Below, one piece after another: positions 29,198-40,277 of a stretch of 64,000 nt of DNA (positions are counted from its first letter, which is position 1; every line of letters begins with the position of its first letter). Below the pieces are notes generated by a model that saw only the letters and a program-made list of their open reading frames with translations, did not search any database and was not told the DNA's origin. The stretch is taken from positions 1 to 64,000 of the IMG/VR virus record IMGVR_UViG_3300009070_000001, one strand, 5' to 3'. The position numbers and the translations under genes are program-made. Source of the stretch: a virus. Lineage: Duplodnaviria > Caudoviricetes.

Positions 29198-29515
29198 ATG
29201 GCTAAGAGAGCATCTAAAAAACAACTTCCTCCAGAACCCGTTGAAGAAGAAATTGAAGAGGAGGACGAAGAGGAAGAAGAACCAGAATATGAACTAATTG
29301 AAGTTCAACAGCCGGCCCCTACTCCTAAACAAACTGTCGTGCCTCCAGATCAATATGGGTTTCTGAAGCTAATTTTTAAACTTCTTATGATGGTTGTTTA
29401 CTTTGTTGCGGGTGCTTTTCTTTTCTTCTTGCTAATTACAATTGCTTTGATTCCCTTGGGAATTTTTGAAGCATTCACTGTATGGTTCCTTAGGTTTCAA
29501 GGAGTTCATATTTAA
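29198..29515 (+). CDS. Membrane protein with an acidic N-terminus
   Basis: Poly-Glu tract followed by a long hydrophobic C-terminus. Confidence 0.6.
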   Translation: MAKRASKKQLPPEPVEEEIEEEDEEEEEPEYELIEVQQPAPTPKQTVVPPDQYGFLKLIFKLLMMVVYFVAGAFLFFLLITIALIPLGIFEAFTVWFLRFQGVHI

Positions 29516-30418
29516 TGAATTATCCTAAGATATTTTACCACAGTGCTGTTGTAATTTGGGATCATTACAAACATTTAATGGTAGGATGGTTAATTTTTCT
29601 ATCTATTTGTTTAGTTTTTGGTTTTGGATTTTATACAGAAATCATGGAGCTTTGGAAATGAAACTAACTGAAAATTGGAGTATTTGTGACCAATTAGGAG
29701 TAGTAAGCATTTATTCTAATAATAGACATGGTAGTGCTTTGAAATATGTGGTAACTACTCCTAAAGAAAATGTAGAAATGTCAAACAGACATTATTATAG
29801 TTTGGGTAAAGCTAAAGAATGTCGAGACGATGAGCTTTTAGCTAGAGTTAAGCGAGAGCGGAAACTAGAAATTCCTAAAGTATCTAAAACAGGATTGTCA
29901 AAGAGACAAATAACCTCTCTGTTTGCTAGAGTAAAGTCTAGGGTGTAATGTTTTTAGGTTTAGTTCAGCCTAAGGGCTTAGATCCACATGCGGTTAAATA
30001 TATAAGTGGTGAGAGAACTTTTTCTTTTTCCGTAAAATCAAATTTAGGATTTGAATGGTGGACAACAAGTGTTAACCCACCTAGAGATAAGAACCTTTCC
30101 TTACAAGATTTTCATCTTCATTTAAAAAGAGCTTGGTATCTCAGAAATGAAGATATTTTATATTTGGTTTCTCTATGATTTATTACGGAGTATTAAAAAT
30201 TGCGAATGATCTTTATGAAATAAAGTGTTCTACCAACAGTGAAGTCTGGTTTTATAGACTTATGAAAGATCATAAAGAAGTTTATGGTGACTATGAATAT
30301 ATTCAAAGCAATCATGAAAGTAATGTTCCTATAAGCTCTCATGTCGAATTCCAAGATTTCGTAGAAAAATCTTGGTGTAAAGCTAGTTACAGACAAGGAC
30401 AATTTATTGTTTACTTTG

Positions 30419-30471
30419 TTACAATAATTTAACATGTAAGAAACATGTTTGTCACAAAAATATGTTAAGCT
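30419..30471 (+). promoter_or_regulatory. Promoter with four phased boxes
   Basis: TTACA/TAACA/AAACA/TCACA at 30419/30430/30441/30452; TG-t-TAAGCT at 30466. Confidence 0.65.
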
Positions 30472-30494
30472 TTAAGAACTAAGAAAGGACTTGG

Positions 30495-31172
30495 ATGAAA
30501 AATAATTTTCTAAAACAGACATACAGTCTATTAGCTATAGCTGTATTATTTTCGTGCTTAGCAGCGTGTATAGTTATACAAATTCCGCCTCTAGTTGCTT
30601 TTTTAGCTTCTCCAATAGGTTGGTTGCTATCTATATTGGCTATAAATCTTTATCCTATTTTAGCCGTAAAATTAGCAGATAATCCCGATGACGGTATCTT
30701 TGCTAAGATTGTAATGGCTATTAAAGGAACAATTGGTGGAATTGTTTTATCTCCTTTGTTGTTTATGGTAAGTTATTTCTCAAAGGGAATGTTTACAGGA
30801 AATCAATTGATTTTTTGTGCGCTAGGCTTAACAGCTACAGTATTCTCTGGAATCACTTACTATGTGTTTAATAGAGAATATCGTTATGATTTTGATTTAA
30901 GTCAAGGATTAATGACCGGCGCAGCCCTATCGTTGTTTTTAGCGATTCCATTAAATGCCTTTGTTCTTCATAGTGGATTTTTTGGGTGGATTATTCTTGT
31001 TATTATGGGATTTTTAGGAACATTTCAATTAGTGTCTGCCACGGCGGATATTGCTGAAGATACTTCTCAGAAAAATCCTGTAGTCAGTGCAATTATGCTT
31101 TATGCTGGATTGTTTAATCTATTTCAAGTAATTCTAGTAACAATAGTTAACTTAGTAAAAGAAAGCGAGTAA
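30495..31172 (+). CDS. Bax inhibitor-1 / YccA family membrane protein
   Basis: FLKQTYSLL start, about 7 hydrophobic helices, G.VLSPL, A.GLTA.VF.G.T.Y, P..SAI.LY..LFNLF..IL. Confidence 0.85.
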   Translation: MKNNFLKQTYSLLAIAVLFSCLAACIVIQIPPLVAFLASPIGWLLSILAINLYPILAVKLADNPDDGIFAKIVMAIKGTIGGIVLSPLLFMVSYFSKGMFTGNQLIFCALGLTATVFSGITYYVFNREYRYDFDLSQGLMTGAALSLFLAIPLNAFVLHSGFFGWIILVIMGFLGTFQLVSATADIAEDTSQKNPVVSAIMLYAGLFNLFQVILVTIVNLVKESE

Positions 31173-31178
31173 AAAACT

Positions 31179-32273
31179 ATGGTAAAGATCGTAACTTACA
31201 AGCCGGAATCTAAAGATCTAGTGGTAGAAGCCTTTGCAGAGAGGCCAAAGGCTCATTTCAAATATCTTCCTAATCTAAATATGGGTATTTATGATTGTGA
31301 AGCAGCGGATAAAGCAGGATCTTGCTTAAATAGTTCGGTTTCGACTATTCAAGCCGTAGAAGATGATCAAGAAGTTCATGCTTTGTTTGTAAAAGAGAAA
31401 TACAATCCCTCTGCAAATTTAAATGTAAGAGACATTTTTGAAGACGACAATGAAGCTACCTGGGGAATTCAAGCAATTGATGCAGACTGGACTACTTATA
31501 GCGGTAAGGGAATCAAAGTTTGTATTCTGGACACTGGTTTTGATAAAGATCATATTGATTTTAAAGGTCGTAAAATTACTACAGCGAGTTTTGTTCCAGG
31601 AGAATCCGCTATGGACGGGCACGGACATGGAACTCATTGTATTGGAACTGCTTGTGGATATAAAGATCAAAAAGGCCGTCGATACGGTGTAGCTTATGAA
31701 TCGGAAATTATTTCCGGTAAAGTCCTAAGCAATCGTGGTTCGGGAAGTATGGCTGGAATTCTTGAAGGAATTGATTGGGCACTTGGGCAGGGAGCGAAGA
31801 TTATTTCTATGTCTTTGGGGGATACCTCGTCCCAACCTCGTCAAGCTTATGAGGAGGCCGCCCGCCGGGCAATGGAAAAGGGCTGTTTGATTATTGCAGC
31901 GGCAGGTAACCATAGGCCAGGAACCGTGGGCAGTCCTGCTAACAGCCCGTCTGTAGTGGCCGTGGGAGCTATTGATTCTAAGCTTGAACTGGCCTATTTC
32001 TCCTGTGGATCTGGCTCTGCTGAAGGGGCTCAAGTTAGCGTAGTTGCTCCGGGTGTAGCAGTGTATAGCTCTATCCCTGGAAATAAGTATGCAACTTGGA
32101 ATGGAACTAGTATGGCTACTCCTCATGCTGCAGGCGTTGCTGCTCTTTTGTGGCAACAAAATCCCAAAATGTCTCCTCAACAGTTGAGAAAGCTTTTGGA
32201 AGAATCCGCTTATGAGTTGGAAATTCCTGAAGTTGATCAAGGAACTGGTCTTGTTATGGCTCCTATGCCTTGA
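31179..32273 (+). CDS. Subtilisin-like S8 serine peptidase with a short prodomain
   Basis: Catalytic triad LDTG, GHGTH, GTSMATPH; oxyanion AAAGN; no signal peptide. Confidence 0.95.
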   Translation: MVKIVTYKPESKDLVVEAFAERPKAHFKYLPNLNMGIYDCEAADKAGSCLNSSVSTIQAVEDDQEVHALFVKEKYNPSANLNVRDIFEDDNEATWGIQAIDADWTTYSGKGIKVCILDTGFDKDHIDFKGRKITTASFVPGESAMDGHGHGTHCIGTACGYKDQKGRRYGVAYESEIISGKVLSNRGSGSMAGILEGIDWALGQGAKIISMSLGDTSSQPRQAYEEAARRAMEKGCLIIAAAGNHRPGTVGSPANSPSVVAVGAIDSKLELAYFSCGSGSAEGAQVSVVAPGVAVYSSIPGNKYATWNGTSMATPHAAGVAALLWQQNPKMSPQQLRKLLEESAYELEIPEVDQGTGLVMAPMP

Positions 32274-32287
32274 ATAAAAAAGAAAGT

Positions 32288-32315
32288 AATAGCCCCTTCG
32301 GGGGCTATTTTTTTT
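32288..32315 (+). terminator. Intrinsic terminator
   Basis: AATAGCCCC-ttcg-GGGGCTATT-T-tract. Confidence 0.9.
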
Positions 32316-32319
32316 ACTT

Positions 32320-32520
32320 ATGAATATAAATTATTTTGAATTTAAATTAATATGTAGAACTGGTTATAACTGGGCTGGATTTTTATTTTATGGTAATTTA
32401 CCAATTGGGTTTTTTACTAATAAAGAATCTAGAAATGAAAAAGATTTAAATATTGTTAGAAAAGTTATGAATTCTCAAAAAATCCAATACACTACTTCCA
32501 CTAGAATAAAATATCAATGA
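32320..32520 (+). CDS. Small protein, YxN[LI]P family
   Basis: LFYGNLPIG. Confidence 0.7.
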   Translation: MNINYFEFKLICRTGYNWAGFLFYGNLPIGFFTNKESRNEKDLNIVRKVMNSQKIQYTTSTRIKYQ

Positions 32521-33409
32521 AATATAATCAATTACAATTTAAATGTGAACAAAGTAAAAGATCTTTTTTATGGCTTTTACGTCAAAGACTTCATTGGTCT
32601 ATAGACCCTGGAAGATATTTTAAAGAAGATAATTCTTTTAGTTATCAATTTTTATGGAAAAATTTTAGATACGAAGTTCCTTCAAACTTAATATTTTGGT
32701 TTATATTAGAATTTGGTAATAATTCAGGTATATCTATTGATAAAATAGATAAGTATAATACAGATTTTAAATCTGAAACATTAAAAAAATCTTTATGTTA
32801 TGTAGGTAAAAATGAAGGGTATCCCTTGATGAACGCTTCATTTTTAGCCGATAATCGTTCGAGCATTAAAAGATATTTAACAGCAGATTCTTATAGAAAT
32901 TTGTTGAAATTTATTCATCCTAGTAAATATGAAAATGTTGAGTATGTATTTCCATCAAATAAAGTTTAAATCTCCTAAAGCACAATTAAATGCAATTCCT
33001 TTAGTAAAATTACTACCTAATGGTAATAATATTCTAAAATTAGAGACAACTAAAGATTGTGAATATTCTATTTCTTATAATAGAAATTATGACTCTTTAA
33101 AAAGTTTATTAATGAGTTCTGGATTTCAACAATCTATTAGGAACGGAACTTTAAGGTATCTTAGATCAAAGAGAAAAGTTGTAGAAAATTTAAATTCTAA
33201 AGCTAAAAAGATTAGTTTAGAATGGTTATGGGCTGTGGGACGATACAAACATTCTGTAGAAAAATGTAGATATCGTTGGGAATGGGGTAGATACGAATCT
33301 ACTTTTAATACAACTTCTAAAGCTCAAGCACAGAAATTTGTTTTAGATCTTAAATCTCTTATAGATCAAGAAAGTTTTAATGCTCTTAATTTAGAAATAG
33401 CTCGTCTCT

Positions 33410-33604
33410 ATGGAAAAGATTAGAGTAGTTGGTAATAATGAAGTAGTTAAATTATACTATAACAATATAGTAATAGCTTTGGTAAAGCCAGAAAATAGGG
33501 CTATTTATACTCATGAATATTATCAATTGCTTTTAGCAATATTTAAAACTAATAGACATAGATTTCTACCTATAGATGTAAATAGTTTTTATGTCTCAAA
33601 ATAA
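33410..33604 (+). CDS. Small protein, YxN family (variant)
   Basis: LYYNNIVIA. Confidence 0.6.
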   Translation: MEKIRVVGNNEVVKLYYNNIVIALVKPENRAIYTHEYYQLLLAIFKTNRHRFLPIDVNSFYVSK

Positions 33605-33622
33605 TATTGAACTTAGATTTGT

Positions 33623-33880
33623 ATGAAAAAGAAAAATATAATTATACATAGACACTATAGAGAATATAACAATCAAGGATATGTTTACAAAATTTATTAT
33701 AATAATATTTTAATACATTTTTGTAGAAGCTGGTATATTTCCAGTTGTATTTCCAGTTGTAATTACTTTCTTTCAAAATTATTTAATTGTAGTTATTGCA
33801 CATTCTATAATAAACCTCAATTTAAAAAGAATGGTAATTGGGTAGATAAATTTAGTATCTACAGTAGATGTGATTTGTAA
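33623..33880 (+). CDS. Small protein, YxN family (variant)
   Basis: IYYNNILIH; internal 12-bp tandem duplication. Confidence 0.6.
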   Translation: MKKKNIIIHRHYREYNNQGYVYKIYYNNILIHFCRSWYISSCISSCNYFLSKLFNCSYCTFYNKPQFKKNGNWVDKFSIYSRCDL

Positions 33881-33882
33881 AA

Positions 33883-34116
33883 ATGAATATTACTAATTAT
33901 AAAGCTAGATTATATAGTAAATATAATTTATATATTATTTATTACAATAATTTGCCTATAGGACATACACGAGATATATGGAAAGAATTTGCTGAAATAA
34001 TGTCTATTTTGTGTGGATTATCTAGAGATAATTATCATAGGATACTGTGGTCGTCGGAAACTTCAAATAATAAACAATACATGGAATGGAAAGTAACAGG
34101 CCTTTATATAAATTAG
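33883..34116 (+). CDS. Small protein, YxN[LI]P family
   Basis: IYYNNLPIG. Confidence 0.7.
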   Translation: MNITNYKARLYSKYNLYIIYYNNLPIGHTRDIWKEFAEIMSILCGLSRDNYHRILWSSETSNNKQYMEWKVTGLYIN

Positions 34117-34123
34117 AAATTTT

Positions 34124-34149
34124 CTGACTTTTTGATCCACCCGGTGGGT
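34124..34149 (+). repeat. Dispersed operon-end motif, copy 1
   Basis: CTGACTTTTTGATCCACCCGGTGGGT; 3 mismatches to 50215-50240. Confidence 0.7.
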
Positions 34150-34437
34150 TACCAACTAGTCTAGAAAAAATTACTTAAAAAATTTAAATATAAATTTTAT
34201 GATTAAAAGAAAGTAAAACTCAATCAATGATTACATTAGGTATAGTATTTTTTATTTTTATTTTAGGATTTGTTTTATTTTATAGTCCAGAAGAAAGATG
34301 TGATCCTTATTCAGATAATGTTTGCACGGAATGTAGAATAAATAATAGTTATAGAGGATGTAAAAGAAAGTCTTGACAAGAACACTGATCTATGCTACGC
34401 GCATGCGTGTTACTTCTATTATATAAGGCTATCTAGT

Positions 34438-34502
34438 TAACAACTCGTTCATTATCTGTTAACATTTTGTTAATAGACAAATTAGGTCAATACCCTTATA
34501 TT
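34438..34502 (+). promoter_or_regulatory. Sigma70-type promoter with upstream phased boxes
   Basis: TAACA/TCATT/TAACA/TAATA at 34438/34449/34460/34471; TAGACA-N17-TATATT. Confidence 0.75.
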
Positions 34503-34549
34503 GAATCCAGGCCACCGAGCCTAACAAGAATGAAGAGGTATTAAGACTT

Positions 34550-35188
34550 ATGGCTACCGCAATCCAAGAGAAGACTAAAGGAAATGTTTCGGGAGGTAAG
34601 AAGGTAAATAACACCAACATGGTCTCTCCTGTAAAGAATGGAGAGTTTGTTTCGAGTGTAGAGACGATTGGCAACCTGCAGAATTTTCGAGTCCCCATGA
34701 CTCTTCAAGTTGACCCTTTCAATGTTCGTGATCAGCGAACTTGGTTTGAATATCTAGCTTCGGAAAATCATAATCTTGAATTCAAGATTGCGGTTTCTGA
34801 GGAGGCTGAAGTCACGGGAGGTTCTTTGATCGAATCTTGGACCGAAGAAGGTAAGCCTTATAAGAAGGAATACCTATTGGAGACGGATGATCTGTTTCTT
34901 ATCAACAAACTGAAGCAGGTCGCTGTTACGTATGTAGATCTTCGCGGGAAAGGCGAATTGAATAAAGTCGCTGGAAAAACCACTACTGGAAATACTTCCA
35001 GTGCTAGTGGAAATCGCGGACGAATCTCTGACGCCCATCGTGCCGAGATTTTAGAAAAATACTCCAAGGGTTCCACAATTGAACAATTGGCCAAGGATTA
35101 TGATCGTAGTCTTAAGGCTATTGGTGATTTGATCAATAACAATAAAGAAGAAATGAAAGCCGGTAATACCGGTCTTCCTAACGAATAA
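34550..35188 (+). CDS. C-terminal HTH protein, paralog 2 of 3
   Basis: FNVRDQRTWFEYLASE...RGRISDAHRAEILEKYSKGSTIEQLAKDYDRSLKAI. Confidence 0.75.
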   Translation: MATAIQEKTKGNVSGGKKVNNTNMVSPVKNGEFVSSVETIGNLQNFRVPMTLQVDPFNVRDQRTWFEYLASENHNLEFKIAVSEEAEVTGGSLIESWTEEGKPYKKEYLLETDDLFLINKLKQVAVTYVDLRGKGELNKVAGKTTTGNTSSASGNRGRISDAHRAEILEKYSKGSTIEQLAKDYDRSLKAIGDLINNNKEEMKAGNTGLPNE

Positions 35189-35205
35189 TTTTAATCCGGC
35201 TTAAT

Positions 35206-35235
35206 AAGGGGTCTAGCCAGCCCCTTTCTTTTTTT
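35206..35235 (+). terminator. Intrinsic terminator
   Basis: AAGGGG..CCCCTT hairpin followed by a T-tract. Confidence 0.65.
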
Positions 35236-36197
35236 CTATAAATTGGAGGAAATAAAATGAGCCCGTTCACTGATGATTTCGTAAATGCTTGTTTGAAAGC
35301 TATGAAGGTTCTCGAACCTGGAATGTATTTGACCAGAGAAGCGATTGCTACAAAAGCCGGATATAAGGAATATTCGGATTCCGTCTCTCATTTGGTTGCA
35401 AAAGATTCTCGTTTTTCAAAATACAAATCAACCCGAGGCAAAGGAATTACTGTAGTATGAATGTTTGGCAAGCTCATTTTGAACGCCTAAATGAAGAATA
35501 CGATAATCTAGGAAAGCCCCGGCCGCTAACTAATCGTGTATATGCTTGGTATGCGGACCATACCTTTAAATATACGATTGCCTTTGTGAAATTCTTTATT
35601 TGGTTTTTGCCAATTCTAGTTCTCTTGGTTATTATGCATCTAATTTTTTAGGGGGATGTGTGTTTTCTTTCTTCGCCGAGATTTTGCCTAAAAATAAAGA
35701 CCGAAACCGCCAATGTTTGGTTGAGTATTTAGTCAAGCTTGGCGGAGAAGGATTTAACATCCATTTCCTGGATTCAAAACCGATTTTAGTAGATTTTTTT
35801 AAAGACCAGACTTGCAGATCTTCATAACCGAAGTAAGTCTTTAGAGAAAATTAAAATTGAAACTGATTTAGAAGTAAAGTGGATTATGGATGCTTTAGAA
35901 TCCGCTTTAGAACTGGAAGCATAAAATGGAAGAAGAAAAATTAGCTTGTGTTTTCGTAAATACGAATCAACCTCCTAGAGAAGTTAAATATCTTCACTGT
36001 TTTAAATATTTTGGAGAGCCGTCTAGACCTTGGGAGCTTAGATTTTTCGAATTGGCTGAAATTAAGTATCCTCATCCCGAAGCTCCAGACGTAGCTAATT
36101 TAACAGTTATGGAATGGATTGAGTTTAAAACTAAAACTCCCGTAATTTTCCGTAATTATATAGATCAAGCTAAAGAAATGTCTATAGGACTAAAACT

Positions 36198-36377
36198 ATG
36201 AGTGAAATTAAAGAAGGTTCTACAGGTAAAGCTGCTTGTGAGAAATGTCAAAAATTTGTTATAGTAACTTATTCTAAAGGAACTGTAACTGTAAATGGTG
36301 TTGAATTAACCAACATTATGTGAGGAATTTGTAATACTTGCGGAACAATTGTTGCAACTGGCCCTGTAGAATGTTAG
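36198..36377 (+). pseudogene. Zinc-ribbon (YgiT/MqsA-like CxxC...CxxC) gene interrupted by an in-frame TGA (36321-36323)
   Basis: MSEIKEGSTGKAACEKCQKFV...VELTNIM*GICNTCGTIVATGPVEC. Confidence 0.65.
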
Positions 36378-36595
36378 TACACTATTTTCTTATGTGGTTA
36401 ACAGTTTTTGTAGGAGCTACTGCGCTTTTTTTTGCCAGATTTTATTATGATTTTTGTAATGATTGTGTTTGTTGGGCGTATAAATCTAATTGTGAAAAAT
36501 GTCCAGGATGTAAAGCTAAGGGGGTTCCTGGAGTTTATAATAGACCGAAGCCTAATCCTTTGGACATCTTAGCGGGAGCTTTGTCTGAGGTTTGT

Positions 36596-36647
36596 TAACA
36601 GAAGTTAACAAACTGTGTGAGACTTTGTAACATCTTCATGTTACTCT
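36596..36647 (+). promoter_or_regulatory. Promoter with TAACA boxes upstream of the helicase
   Basis: TAACA at 36596/36606/36628; TG-t-TACTCT at 36642. Confidence 0.6.
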
Positions 36648-36715
36648 AGTCCTAGAGAAGAACCTCAGAACCGGTCCTTAGAGGCCGGTCACTGATAATA
36701 AAAGGAGTATTTGAA

Positions 36716-38332
36716 ATGGCAGTAGCTAAATTGGCTTCCGGGTCTAAATATCAACAAGCAATTTGGACTGAATTGCAAAAAGGTTCTGGACATATCGTAG
36801 TTAAAGCCGGAGCAGGCACCGGGAAGACCTTTACCTTGGTTGGAGGAATGGAAAGACTTTCTCGTTCCTTGAAAATTTTCTATACCGCTTTCAATAAAAA
36901 AATCGTAGCAGACGTTGCTGAAAAAATTAAGCATTTGTCAAATGTTAATGCTTCCACTGCACATTCGGCAGGAAATGGTTGTCTCCGAGAAGATTGCGGA
37001 GCAGTTAAAGCTTATGAATACGCTACCGTAGGTTGGGTAGATCGGGCAATTACTCTTTTTGAAGACCAAAATGATGGTGGAACGATCAATAGTGATTTCC
37101 TTAAACAAGATATTCGTAAATTCGGAATTGCTGATTTAATTAAATGGGTTAAAGAAACTAATCCTTACTTCAAGTCTGAAGAAGACTTCATCGAGGAAGC
37201 TCCTGCATTTATCAAGGGAATTACTAAAGACCTAGATAAAGAAGCAATTTATCAATTGGCAGGCCAATTAGCTTACAAAGCTTCTATGCTAGTTTTAACT
37301 GCGGCGAAACGTGGTGGACGTTTCAGCTACGATTATACGGATATGATTTGGATTCCCGTTCGTTTGGGAATTGTTCGTGGTCGATACGATGTTGTTATTA
37401 TCGACGAAGCTCAAGACATGAACGCTTGCATGCTAGAACTGGTTCGTATGCTGTGCAGAGTGGGCGGACGTATTCTTGCAGTAGGAGATACCTTCCAGTC
37501 AATTTACGCCTTCCGTGGGGCCGATAGTGAAGCCTTGGAACGCCTTACCAGAGAACTTAATGCTACAGTGTTTACCCTGCCGGTATCTTACCGGGTTCCC
37601 AAATCTGGAGCAGAATTTGCCAGGCAATTCCTGCCTGAAGATGCTCCCTTTGAGGCTTTTGAAGGAAATAGAGAAGGTTTAATTCGAGAAGATGTTTCTC
37701 AAAAAGACTTTGTAAAAGAATGCAAAGCTGGAGATCTTGTTATGTGTCGAGTAAATCGACCTTTAGTGAGACAAGCGATCAAGTTCTTGACTGAAGGTAG
37801 AGCGGCATTTGTAGCCGGTTTCAAAATTGGTCAAAGACTGCAAAAAACTGTTAAACAAATTGAAGCACAGCGAGGCAAATTTAGAAATCCTAGTGAAATG
37901 AAAGTTGCCTTAGAAGAATGGTTTGAAGACGAAAAAGCTATTATTGAGGGAACTCGCTGGAGAGATCAGCGGAAAACTGATGAGATTTCTAAATTAGAAG
38001 ATAATTATCAGTGCCTTTTAGCTTTCGCTAATTCGGATGTGACGATTGAAGCAGTTAAACTCCGAATGAAAAAACTTTTTGCAGACCCCGACCACAAATC
38101 AATTGATCCCAAGAAATTCATTTGCCTGTCATCTATTCACAGAGCGAAAGGCTTGGAAAGCGAAAATACCTGGGTGATTTCTGATTCTTGGGGCGGAACC
38201 TCAAAATCTACAAATGAGAGAGAAGAAAAAAATCTGCAGTATGTAGCATCGACTCGACATAAAAATACATTTAGTTTTGTTGAAGCTGTAGGAAATGGTG
38301 ATAGTCAAGATTTAGATGAGGATGGAGAATAA
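36716..38332 (+). CDS. UvrD/Rep-like SF1 DNA helicase
   Basis: AGAGTGKT, AFNK, DEAQD, VGD.FQSIYAFRGA, SYR, SIHRAKGLE, YVASTR. Confidence 0.93.
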   Translation: MAVAKLASGSKYQQAIWTELQKGSGHIVVKAGAGTGKTFTLVGGMERLSRSLKIFYTAFNKKIVADVAEKIKHLSNVNASTAHSAGNGCLREDCGAVKAYEYATVGWVDRAITLFEDQNDGGTINSDFLKQDIRKFGIADLIKWVKETNPYFKSEEDFIEEAPAFIKGITKDLDKEAIYQLAGQLAYKASMLVLTAAKRGGRFSYDYTDMIWIPVRLGIVRGRYDVVIIDEAQDMNACMLELVRMLCRVGGRILAVGDTFQSIYAFRGADSEALERLTRELNATVFTLPVSYRVPKSGAEFARQFLPEDAPFEAFEGNREGLIREDVSQKDFVKECKAGDLVMCRVNRPLVRQAIKFLTEGRAAFVAGFKIGQRLQKTVKQIEAQRGKFRNPSEMKVALEEWFEDEKAIIEGTRWRDQRKTDEISKLEDNYQCLLAFANSDVTIEAVKLRMKKLFADPDHKSIDPKKFICLSSIHRAKGLESENTWVISDSWGGTSKSTNEREEKNLQYVASTRHKNTFSFVEAVGNGDSQDLDEDGE

Positions 38333-39059
38333 CTTATAAATGTCTGCTTGCCCTTTTAGTGTGCTTAAAAACATCCTAGAGGCAGAGCGGGCCCTTCCGG
38401 CCCGCCCCTCTAGGACCGAACATCATGAGAGAACTTCCACCAATTTGGTGAAACAAAAATTAGCTGTTCAGCAACACTTCCGGCAAAAGCATCCCACCTT
38501 CACAAATTATCAATTCCGACAACATTGGGAGCAATTGTGTCGAGTAACTCTACCTCCCTGCTCTATTATAACGGAAGAGGATCGACAACTGTGAACGATA
38601 GAAAACTTTATGTAATTACAAATCTGGCTACTATGGATGAATTTCATACAAAATTTAAATATAGAGCTGAAGAAAAAATTAAAGAAAATGCTGAAAATAA
38701 ACAAGGGTCTTTGGTGACAGTGTTTGAGAAACAAACTCAGAAAGTGGTGAGGCATGAGCAAGCAAGTAACTTTACTTTCTAAGTCAATTGTTAAGCTGGG
38801 GATGAGAGGATTTTTTTGTCCCTATACTGCTGCCGAAATAAAATTGTTAAATGAAATTAAGGAACGTCGTAACTTGAAACTAAAGGATAAAAATGCCGCA
38901 ACATAGTGAAGAAACTATAAAAGCTCATAAAGAGTGGAAAAATAAAAAACTGTGGACCGGAGATGATAGTGATTCAACTCTAGAAGCCTATGAAAAATAT
39001 CGTGCTTGTCTAAAACAAGACGGATTTATTCAGTAGTGCCCGATTTTAGGAGAATTAAG

Positions 39060-39299
39060 ATGTCTAATTTTATTCAAAAAACTAGAATTCGTAGACAAGA
39101 AGCTCGGAACGAAATTCTATATAAAGAATTGAACCAGGAACGATTAAGAAATCGCGGATTGACTTTGGAGAACACTGCTCTAAAACAGCAATTGGAAAAA
39201 TACAAAACGCCTAATAAAGAAACTCAAGAAGCAATTCAAGAACTGAGAGAAGGCAAAGGCATTCTTTATGAAAATGTAGAGCAACTTCTAAATGTCTAA
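39060..39299 (+). CDS. Coiled-coil protein ending in a RelB/DinJ antitoxin-like C-terminal motif
   Basis: PNKETQEAIQELREGKG..YENVEQLL; AGGAG RBS before ATG 39060. Confidence 0.55.
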   Translation: MSNFIQKTRIRRQEARNEILYKELNQERLRNRGLTLENTALKQQLEKYKTPNKETQEAIQELREGKGILYENVEQLLNV

Positions 39300-39937
39300 A
39301 GAAGAAATGCAATATTGCAGTTTTGTTGTATCTATGTTAGCGCCTATGCTTTTTTTCTTAGGTTACAGTGGTGCTGCTTGTGGAATTTACAGTGTAGGAA
39401 TTTTAATTCATGTTAAAATTCTGTTAGGAACAGATTCCTAAAATGGAAGAAAATAAACTTAGTTATGATAGACTTAAATCAGATCATGACAGGATGGCGT
39501 TGACAATAGTATCTCTTATTAAAGAAAGGGATAAAATGCTATTAGAAATTAAAGATTTAAATTCAAAATTGAAAGAAAAGGAAATAACGTGAATCTAAAA
39601 AAGACTCTAAAAGCTATAATCGAAGAACCTAAAGACACAGAACAAGTGATTTCTGAACTTCTTCTAGAGGTAGAAAATAAACTCTATAACGCCAGGATTA
39701 AGAAGCTTATGCCAGCTTCTTTTGATAAGAAAATTAAAAAGATCTTCAAGAAAGCACGAAAGGTTTAAAATATTTATGCAAGAGTCTACAAATAAAGAAG
39801 AAGCAAAGAAACCACCTGCTTGGCAGGTAGCAGTAATTACTGTTAAAGAAGCAATTGTAACAGTAAATTTGATTCTTCAAACTTATCTTATGTATAAGAA
39901 CAGGAACCGCCGTTAACAAATTTAGGGAGAGCGTCTA

Positions 39938-40274
39938 ATGGAAAAGCAAGTAGTTATCGTGGTATCGGTAGGAGAGTATTCTTCAAATAGAATTCTGGGA
40001 GTAATCTCTCCCAAATTCTATAGACCGTTGTTACAGAGTAGAAGTAACCAAAGAGGGGGAAATAACTCAAGCTTTATTAGATAATTCTCATACTCCAGGG
40101 TATACTTACATGTCAGATTTTCAGGAAAAAACAAGATACCTCTATGTCTGGTCAGATTCTGAAGAAAATGCAAGCAATAAAGCTTTGAAATTAAGAGCAG
40201 AGATGAATGCTTGTGGTCTTTGGAACGATCCTGTTTTCCGTGGATTTTGCTTTCCTACCTTAGAAACAAGTTAA
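39938..40274 (+). pseudogene. Frameshifted or internally deleted small phage gene
   Basis: MEKQVVIVVSVGEYSSNRILGV in one frame continues as CYRVEVTKEGEI...LYVWSDSEENA..KALKLRAEM...GLW in another. Confidence 0.5.
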
Positions 40275-40277
40275 CCT

